A DNA stretch of 62,626 bases, filler included, from Vannella sp. (taxonomy: Eukaryota), in assembly GCA_023345925.1 (NCBI GenBank). It is 7 parts of 7 records of this genome, joined end to end, with 100 filler letters (N's around TTAATTAATTAA, not from the genome) between each part and the next. Parts side by side here need not be neighbours in the genome. Positions count along the whole stretch, not along the records: positions 22,255 to 40,169 come from JAJQQN010000388.1; 6 more parts are not named here. One strand, written 5' to 3'. Position 1 is the first letter of the stretch, and each line of letters begins with the position of its first letter. The notes under the pieces are model-generated. The model ran no database searches. It was not told where the DNA came from and saw only the letters and a program-made list of their open reading frames with translations. Position numbers and translations under genes: made by a program. This document shows positions 22,895-31,972 of this stretch, piece after piece.

Positions 22895-23911
22895 ATGGCG
22901 GAACCGGCCTTCGCTCAAATCTTCCCTGGGGAGTACCAGAGAGACTTGGTGGGCTATGGAGGAACGACACCTACGAGGGAGGAGTGCTGGCCTAACAAAG
23001 CGCGGGTTGCTGTCCAGTTTGTGATCAACTACGAAGAGGTTCGCCCGTCTCCTTCTCTTTCCTTTCGTTTTGGCTGAGACTGGGTGGAGGGTGGAGAGAA
23101 CTGTGTCCTTCATGGTGATGATAAGTCGGAGAACCTTCTATCAGAGATCGTAGGTGCGCAAGCGTACCAGGGACAGCGCCACATGAACATGGAGACGCTC
23201 TACGAGTACGGATCTCGCTCCGGTTTCTGGCGCATTCTCCGTCTCTTCCAAGAGATGAAGATGGCTGCTACTGTCTACGCTGTTGGAATGGCTCTGGAAC
23301 GCAACCCAGACGCCGCCAAAGCCATGGTGGACGCGGGATTTGAGATTGCTTCCCACGGCTACCGTTGGATCGACTACCAGACAGTAGACATTGAGACAGA
23401 GAGGGTACACATCCAACAGTCCATCGAGGCCATCGTCAAGACCACAGGGACGCGCCCAGTGGGTATTTACCAGGGCAAGCCGAATAAGAACACTCGGGCG
23501 CTCATTGTGGAGGAAGGAGGCTTCCTTTACGATGCTGACTCATACTCTGATGATCTACCTTACTGGACGTACTGGCAGGGACCAGAGAAGGGCGATATTC
23601 GTGCTCATTTGGTGGTGCCTTACAGCCTTGACTGTAACGACATGCGGTTCGCTCAAGCACTGGAAGGTGAACGATTCTTCCTCTATCTACGAGATGCATT
23701 CGATGCCTTGTACGAAGAGGGCCTGACTGCACCGAAGATGATGAGTATTGGCCTCCACTGCCGAATTGTGGGACGTCCAGCGCGGATTGGCGCACTGAAA
23801 CGGTTCATGCAGTACGTGGCACAACATGACGATGTCTGGGTTTGCCAGAGACAGCAGATTGCAGAACATTGGCACAGCCACCACCGCCCTTCCCCCCCTC
23901 AATACAACTGA
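22895..23911 (+). CDS. puuE: PuuE-type allantoinase (polysaccharide-deacetylase fold), 2 exons
   Basis: YQRDLVGYG..WPNKARVAVQFVINYEE|GGENCVLHGD..YEYGSRSGFWR..ASHGYRWIDY..YSDDLPYW..MMSIGLHCRIVGRPAR. Intron 23039-23089. Confidence 0.88.
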
Positions 23912-23974
23912 CGACCTCCCCTTTGTGTGAATGCTGGCGAGGAGATAGTGCCTATGTGAGTGCTTCGAGTTTCA

Positions 23975-25204
23975 TTACTGTCTGCTCTCCAGAGCGTTGC
24001 GGAGGTGAGTAGTGAGGTTGGGAATCTCTTGAGAGAGAATGCCCCACTCTTCCATGCGCATGTTGATTCCCTTCTTGCCAGGGATCAACTCGTTGGTTCC
24101 GTTGGGTGTAAAGTACTCTCTGATCACCACGTACCAGTTCTCCTTGTAGTAATTGAGAGAAACCTTCCGGTTCGTGTTCAACTGCCCCCTCGAGTCAGCT
24201 CCCGGACTCGAAAGGGAGGAAGGAGACCTACAGGAAGTTGGTAGTTCATATCCCCAGCAGTGATGGCCTTGTAAAGAGGCTCCAGATTGCTGACAAGGAC
24301 CTCCCACTCGTCTGCACGAATGGAGATTCCGCTCTTGTTAGCGGGAGCACCGCCCTGCTCGTTGCCCTCCACAGGGGTCTTTCTGATGTCCACAAAGAAC
24401 TTCCCACCCAAGGTGATGATCTTGGCCGACGTGAAGTTGCTCAACTTGACCTCAAACAAGGTGGCGTCCTGATTGGCAGCTTTTGTGGTGTTGGAGACCG
24501 CATTCAGCACGTCTGGGTACAGCATCTTCAGCATCTGGTACTGCTCGACGGTCAAGTCAATGTCTTTGGGTCCAGACTGAGCTTGGTGCTCGAATCGAAC
24601 GTAAGGTACGGACTGGCGCATGTGCACGGACACTTGGCGGGTCGAGCTGAGCTTCAGGTCGAACTACAAGCAGATGGTTAGAGTCACGATAGAGAGAACT
24701 GCTCACTTGCCTTCTTGTCAAAGTCCCCTTGCTCAGAGGAGAGACGTTGGATGTCCATGTCGATGTCGTCGAAGAATTCTGGGAGTTTCTCGATGTCTGA
24801 GACCCTCATTGTGACTCCCCGCTTGCCTGGTCTACGCTCGTTGGTCTTGTCCACCCAGTATTGGCGGATGTGAATGAGGACAGACCCCTTGAACTGTCCT
24901 ACGGTGAGGACCAGATCGTCCCCTAACTCCCTGAAAGTCAGCCATTGCCTCTGTCTCTTCTACTACCCTTTACCTCTAATGAAGCATCTGGTGGGGTGAT
25001 CACTGGAGCAGGTGGAGGTGGAGGAGGTGGTGCCTGGGAGAAGGAAAAGTTCGATCTCTGAAAGACACAGCTCACAGCCGTCCTCTCCACAAAGGGAGCC
25101 ATCCTGGCCACGCTCACCGGCTGAAAGCCCACTGGACGAAAACAAGGTCCCCCACTCGCGACACCAGAAGACCGGCTCACACCACGAAACACGGCACGTC
25201 TCAT
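23975..25204 (-). CDS. Protein of about 361 aa with a mitochondrial-type presequence and four tandem PC4/Sub1-like domains, 4 exons
   Basis: Exons 25204-24974, 24926-24711, 24663-24232, 24181-23975. PC4 signatures VGQFKGSVLIHIRQYW..RPGKRGVTM and VSLNYYKENWYVVIREYF..IPGKKGINMRMEEW. Confidence 0.75.
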
Positions 25205-25308
25205 TGGCTCACGAGGAAATGAATCAGTCCTTTCCCCTTTTTGCCCTTTACACCACCTCTGCCAGCCTTTTGGGTTGTTGTGGCAAAGAAGTTATATTAT
25301 TTCTCATC

Positions 25309-26230
25309 ATGCCTTCGATGCCGCCCACGATTAAGCTGGCTCTTTTGGGCTCGGCAAAGAGTGGGAAAACGACGGCAGTTCGTCGCTTGGTGGACGATTG
25401 CTTTGTGGCTGAGTATGAAACAAGTATCGGAGGTTCGTGGGTGGGAGGGAGGATGCGCGGGGAGCTGACTGGGAGGAGGCAGTGGCCTACTCGGCAAAGA
25501 TCCTCAGTGTGCATGGGAACCGTGTCCGCTTGGATATGTGGGAGCTTGCTGGTCCTGAAAGGTTTGCTGTGCTTGCTCCTATGGTGTGGAAGGGCGCTCA
25601 TGCCGTCGCTGTCTTCTTCGAGATGACGGACCGCAACCACGTAGGCCTTCTCTGAGGGCCTCTGGAAGGTTCTCATGTTTCCAAGTCATTTGAACGTGCT
25701 ATGATATGGGTTGAGAGCCTCAAAGATAGCGGCTGCAAGGCGCCGATCCTTCTTATCGGAACGAAGATTGATTGTCCCTTGACAGAGCACCAAGTCACCT
25801 CTCAGATGGGCAGGAGCTTTGTTGAGCGCTCAGGGATTGCAGGGTTTGAAGAGATCTCTGCGCGATCTGGTCAGAATCTGTCACGTGCTTTCCTCATGCT
25901 GGCGGAATTGGGGCTGAGGAACATCGTTTACGAGGACTCGGAGCATCTCAATCCACCAGAATGGGTACCTGACAACTGCTCCAACCGATGTAGCCAGTGT
26001 ATCATCGATTTCACCTGGTCAACGCGGCGAGTAGGTAACATGTCAGTGAGTTACACTTACTAACTCCTTCTCAGCATCACTGTCGCAGCTGTGGCTTCCT
26101 TTTTTGTTCTGGGTGCTCTTCTAAGAGCATCTGCCTTCCACAGTTTGGCTTTCTAAAACCTGTCCGAGTGTGTGACGGCTGCTTCAAGACTGGCAACGTT
26201 GTAGAGCGTCCCGAGCCTACCTTTCTGTGA
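25309..26230 (+). CDS. Atypical Rab-like GTPase fused to a C-terminal FYVE finger, 4 exons
   Basis: [28 protein letters not shown]; then [33 protein letters not shown]. Confidence 0.82.
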
Positions 26231-26450
26231 GCCGAGACGAAGGAAGCTGTAAACAGACATGGAGCCCAGTTGTGAGCGAACCAATCACGCTTCCATGCCC
26301 CTTCTGGAGAGAGAGTTCACGGCCCCACTAAACCGCGTGGTTGGAACCGCTCACCCAAAGATTGATTGGCTTGTTCCGCTTGGTGCTGACGTGGCCGCTG
26401 CTGAATGGCGGGGTGCGGTTCTCATGTCATTCCTTCTCCACCTTGCTGTG

Positions 26451-26834
26451 ATGCACTTCCTTGTTGTGTTTCTCGCTCTCCTTGCTGCTTCTCAGGGTAG
26501 TGGTATCTTCGTTGCCAAATCGGTTCGTTTGAAGATCGTTCCTGTTCCTCATGGCTCACTACTTGGCTGGTAGGGAACAGAATGCGTTGGGATGAAGGCA
26601 GGGGATTGCTTCACGTACAAGGTGATTGGGGCTTCCCAACATGTCGGCTTCTTCTGTGAGGCGTCTGGTTGCTCCTACCGGTATTACACCGACTCTTCAT
26701 GCAACCAAACCACAGTTGCTTTTGCCTATCCCGTTCCTCGGATCGACTGCGCTACCGCCCTCCAGTCCTTCATCGACATGAACCGAGGCAACGAAGCGTA
26801 CCCAACCACCGCCATCTTTGGGTTCTCGGACTGA
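26451..26834 (+). CDS. Small secreted cysteine-rich protein, 2 exons
   Basis: Signal-like MHFLVVFLALLAASQG, one GT-AG intron, six Cys in the mature part. Confidence 0.55.
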
Positions 26835-27011
26835 TAAAATGCTGTTGAAGACCTTCGGCACTGAACTTCCACAATCTGCAGTAATCAATTCTCTCACTAT
26901 CTTAAGCGATTCCATTTAAGAGGAAACGCGCGCGATGTCAAGGATTCTGTTTCCCTTCACTCTCTGAGCGGGCTCTGGTGGATGGCATCAGGTGATGGTG
27001 TCGTTCTCTGT

Positions 27012-28123
27012 TTATTTGGAGAGATCGGAAGCCAGCTTTTGAACCTCTTCGGTCTTCTTCTTCTCTTCCTCGTCGCGAGCTTTGATCGCTTCTCGGGTTT
27101 CGGAGATTTGCTTTTGAGCTTCTTCTGTGTCAAGAATGGATTTTCCTTCGCAGCACTTCTTGAACTTCTTGGCACTTCCACATGAGCAAGGATCGTTGCG
27201 ACCGACCTTCTTAACCTCAACCTTGGTCAGTTTGTCCAACTTGCTGCTAATTCCATGCGATCCATCCTGCCTAGACCGTCAGAGTAATCCTTTTTCAACC
27301 AGGTTCATCTCACATTGATCATCTTGCGGACGTGGGCCTCGTACAGTCTGTCGTTCTTCTCCTTCTCAGCATCAAAAGCGTCAGCTTCACGGTCTGTAGT
27401 TGGGAAGCCGTTGGGGAGGCGAACGATCAACTCTTGCAAGAGCTTTCCCTTAACATAGCGGACAATGAACTGGTCGAAGCGCTCCTTGTAATCCGCAATA
27501 GACCCATCTTGGTTGACCACCTCTGTTCCTGTCTGGATCACATCCGCGCCTGAAGGTTGTTCCATTAGTACGAGGATACCAAAGGTACGCTTCACGTACC
27601 AACAGTGATCTTGTAGTTCTTCATACCAGCCCAAATGATCTGAGAGAAGAAAGTCTTCTCTGCAAAGGTCGTGACGACGTCAGAGGACAAGTCTGCTTGC
27701 AGAGTCTTGACCTTTGTGTTGATCAAAAGGGTAGTTCCCTCACAGTTCCACAACTCGACAGTCTCAGTGTTGATGGGAGCGTTCAGTCGAATGATGCAGT
27801 TGTTGCAGCCCTCTGTTCTTGCTGTGAGTGACTAGAGTCAGTCTTTCCCTTGTACGAACCAATCATAACCTTGGTAGAAGCGGAATCGACGTTGAACTCG
27901 CAGTTTTGGTTGTTCTTGAGGTAGACGGTGGCCTTACGGCTGTAGCCTTGGTTAAGCGCCAACTTCTCGCCATCTAAGTTGGTCTGCGCCCCTGAGTCAG
28001 CCCAATGCTTTGTTGGTGTGACCCACGTACAACGAGCTTGGTCTCCTGGTTCTTCTGGTGCTGTCGAAGACTCTCATTGGCCTGGATAGTGTCCGCATCT
28101 GCTACTTTGGGAAGGTGGCTCAT
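27012..28123 (-). CDS. CAP_C/cofactor-C-like beta-helix protein with a C-terminal SEC-C zinc motif, about 5 exons
   Basis: [48 protein letters not shown] beta-helix; [19 protein letters not shown]. Confidence 0.7.
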
Positions 28124-28346
28124 TCTTCTGTGTGTCTATCTGAATGCCAAAAGCTCAACCACGCGGCCCTTATGACCAACAGAGAGTGGCTAATCCACCA
28201 ATCACAGCGTCCCATTCAGATATTTCCTGGAGAAGAAATTCGCCTATTTCCCTTCCTCGAATTCTTTTCTCTAACATAATGCACCTAATTATTCGCTTAG
28301 AATGGACGGGAAATGTGGGAAATTTCTATTTTAAGACCGCAGGTCC

Positions 28347-29323
28347 ATGGGGGACTGTCAGTTGGGGTCCTACCTCGAGAACTATCTGGAAAGTACGTGT
28401 CTCTCGAAAGATAGATCAACCAAGTGCGTAGGTGACGGATGGGTTGATGGCAGGTGTCTCGGGGCTACCAGGAGAGCTCAAGCGCAACTTCTCCCTCATC
28501 GAAGAGCTCGACCAGCGAACCAAAGACAACTTGGCAGAGATTGAGCTGCTTTCCCGCAACTCTTACTCTGATGACGAGAAGCACACAAAGATTCAGGACA
28601 AGATCATCAAACACTACGACGTTTGCTGTGAGTTAGCAGACGAGAAGATTGGCTTGGCCGCCCAAACCTACGAGATGGTTGACAAGCACATCCGCCGCTT
28701 GGACGTGGACCTTCGCAAGTTCGAGAACGAGCTAGCTAAGAGCAGAGTGCAAAAGAGTGAGCTCTCCAAAGGCCGCTTTGGCACAACCAACTGACCTTTC
28801 CCGCCTAGCGACCGAGATTCCGCAAAGCAAAGGCATTCGTAAGGCCTGATGGATGCTGTATGGTAGCCTGCTTACTTAGAAGGTCCAGGGAAAGGAAAAC
28901 TGGGAGATACTAGCCAAAGGAAGCCGCGCAAAGGGAAGGGAAGGGCTGGTCGAGGAAGATCAGCTCCTCGCAAGTAGGAGACTCTCCAGAACCTTTGAAG
29001 AGTACTCAAAAGAACATAGGGATGCCCCCTTGCGAGCGCACCCTTTTGAGGCTGCGCTGCAGGTCGAAATAGACATGCCAGTGGACCCGAATGAGCCAAC
29101 GTACTGTTTCTGCCACCGCGTGTCCTTTGGGGAGATGGTCTGTTGTGAGAACCCAGAGGTAAGTGCATGTCAAATGTATGGCTCAAGTCAGCTTCTGAGG
29201 AGCGTGATGTAGTGTTCTATTGAGTGGTTCCACTTCGAATGTGTGGGGCTGACAGCCACTCCCAAGGGCAAGTGGTTCTGTCCCACTTGCGTCTCCCTGA
29301 AGCAAGAAGCCAGCGAAGCGTAA
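28347..29323 (+). CDS. ING-family PHD finger protein (ING4/5-like), multi-exon
   Basis: [85 protein letters not shown]. Confidence 0.9.
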
Positions 29324-29392
29324 AGCTCATTGCAAATGCTCACAGACTAGGCCAGATGGAGGAAATCACTCTTTTAAGGGAAACGGGGTCGA

Positions 29393-30712
29393 TTAGGTAG
29401 TTTCTGTGAACAGGAAGAGGGTTCGTAGCCGATCTATCTCACTGGACAGAGCAACTTCAGTTTCTGGAACACTCAAACGAGCAGAGAGGGCGGCCACAAG
29501 CTCTGGGTTGGACTGGAAGGGTTGGATGATCGCATCCCGTGCGAGGAGCATCAGAATCCAGATCATTTTGGGCATCTGAGGAGGGCGGCAACGATCTGCT
29601 GCTTCAAGAAGGTCACCAACCATACGAGAGCCACAGCGGGCCTGCCCTCCACAGCAAACCTCGAAGGGGCGGAAGAGTGCTGAGAAGGCATCCGCGGACT
29701 GCTCTCTTTCCTGTGAGAACAGGCTGGCAGCACTAGCCAAGATGTACTCTTCGTTAGAGCTTCGAAGGGATGGGGCAGTGCGTTGCCACTCCTTCTTGAT
29801 ACCCTGCAACGCTTGGAGAAGTTGGTCGAATCGCAGTGCTGGCATGTCCTCGACAGGCTGCACAGGACGGGAAACAACCATAAATCCTCGGCTCTTGTGA
29901 GAGCTGTGGTCGGTGCTCAGAGTAGCGGCAGCAAGGGAGCGGATGCTCACCCAATGTGGGGGAAGTTTGAAGCGAGCAACATCAAGGATGAGGACCTTCT
30001 CGGTAGTCCAATCTACAGCACCGATGGGAGAGAAGTGGCCTCCCCCTGTTTGATCCAGGGCCAATCTATCGTAGCAGGCGAGGAGAATGTCGTTTACGGG
30101 ATCCCCTGATTTGCCGTCACAGCACTCATGGAGCGTTGCTTTGAGTTGATCAACGTAAGCGTTGAATGCCTCTCCTTCAACAGAGGCGGCAGCTATTCCA
30201 GCTTCAGAGGGGAGCCAGAGCTCTGGCGGTGGGCGGATCACCTTGGCCTCCGCTCCATTGCAAGCAGCAAGGCAGGCTGCTTCATCAAGTGCCACTCCCT
30301 GCTCAGCCACCACTTGTAGTGGAATACAGCAGCGCAGGAGCTCTTCAGAGAACCAGCGCCACACTCCTTTCCAAGTCCGTTTTGGATCGATTGCCAGGGC
30401 GTTCAGAGCCGTGGCTACCGAAGCTAGAGCACAGAAAGCTGGCTCTTGTTGGGTCTGAAACACAGAGAGAAGTCTCAGAGCGGAGCGTGCGGAGTTGTTG
30501 GCCAAAGAGCGCGTGAGGAGAGAAGTTCCCTCCTCCGAGTCAAAGGCAATGGAGCTCTGAGGAAGTGGCTTGCGGTGGAACGTTACATCCTCCATCACAG
30601 AGTGAACTGATCTCACCCCAGCAAACAGAAGCCTTCTAGGGAACACACGAACAAACACTGCCGCCTTCACCCTCAGTCAGTTGCCCGCCGGCCAAGAAAT
30701 GAGAAATTCACT
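29393..30712 (-). CDS. PCS: Phytochelatin synthase (start codon uncertain)
   Basis: Papain-like triad motifs QQEPAFCALASV, GGGHFSPIG, ILDVARFK, plus DPKRTWKGVWRWFSEELLRCC. Confidence 0.88.
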
Positions 30713-31044
30713 AATCCCAAAGAAAGAAAGAAATTCTCTTCCGGAAATGGCCAAGTTGTCCGTTTGCAAAAATGGCGGGAAAATCATCTGCAGGAATTGG
30801 GTGAAGGAGACGCTCTTATTCTTGCTCGTACTTCCACTCTTCTTACATGGAAGCTACTACTGGACGATGTTTGGAGGAGAACCTGGCGGCTAGTGAGTCT
30901 CAGAGCGGGCAGAGACAGCCAATAAGAAAAAACGTTCTCGAGAACCGAGCTGCTCTGAAACGGATCAGTCTCTCAGCACTTTCTCTTCGTAGCGTACCTT
31001 CTCGAAAACTGGTCGCTTGTTCTTCTGTTCGTTTCCGGTACCAA

Positions 31045-31680
31045 ATGGAAGCTGAGCGTTCTAATGTTCGCGAGACCAGGCCACTTGGTAGTAAAGGAGA
31101 GGAAGATACGATAGAGAACCTTCAGCTAAAGGTGCAAACACTCGAATCGAAGTTGAAGAGAGCGCAAGACTCCGTCGTCCGCAACCGGACAAGGGCAAAG
31201 GCTGCAGAGCTTTCCCTGAGACAGGCAGAAGAGAGTTACGCCCGTACCCTGGAAAGGGAATGGAAGCGCCGCACTCGAAACGCCACAAACTGGGCCATGA
31301 AAACTGCGGACACTTCAATGAAACAGCCGAGAGAGGAAGTGAAAGAGCCCAGTACCCCAATACAGGTAATCATGAGACAACACTATGCGGATATGAAAGA
31401 ACAAGGAGCTGCAAAAGAGCTGATGAAGAGACAGCATTGTGCTGAAATCAGAGCACTGAAGATTCAGCACATCCAAGATACCGCTGCCGCAATCGAAGCA
31501 CTCAAGAAAGAGCACACCAAAGCTATGAAAGACTTGAAGGACAGCCACAACTCTTCCTTGGACGAGATTGACTTTGATAGGGAAAGCGAGGAAATCAGCG
31601 TTTCTACAACGAGAAGCTCCAAGATTTGGTTGACTGTCTTTAACGATCTTGAGAATGAAATAGACAGGATCCTCTCTTGA
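31045..31680 (+). CDS. Hypothetical coiled-coil protein (could start at 30847)
   Basis: Intronless E/K/R-rich heptad-like ORF. Confidence 0.55.
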   Translation: MEAERSNVRETRPLGSKGEEDTIENLQLKVQTLESKLKRAQDSVVRNRTRAKAAELSLRQAEESYARTLEREWKRRTRNATNWAMKTADTSMKQPREEVKEPSTPIQVIMRQHYADMKEQGAAKELMKRQHCAEIRALKIQHIQDTAAAIEALKKEHTKAMKDLKDSHNSSLDEIDFDRESEEISVSTTRSSKIWLTVFNDLENEIDRILS

Positions 31681-31972
31681 ATCCAAGCAGCACCTCCCTT
31701 TCAGTCTCATTAGCAGAGCAAGAAGATTCTTTGCCAATGAACATCTCTAGTTCCAGTTCTTGACGTGTTGGTGCTTGGTCCCATCTCGAGCGACTTTGTG
31801 AGATCGCACAAATAGTGAAGGGAGGGCACCTTAGGGAAAGATAGAGGGTACTCGAAGAGTGAAGTTGGCGCTCCACACTTGTGAATGACTAGCTCATGAA
31901 CTGACGGTTTACAGGGTGTGAACTTCCGAGACCAGTTATGGCCAACATATCCCAGGTACGAATTACTTTGCA

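Noticed and set aside
3561..28202. CCAAT boxes in many short intergenic regions (3561, 10995, 11019, 15668, 26281, 28198)
   Set aside because: Probably real NF-Y sites, but ordinary eukaryotic promoter features and too short to support individually.
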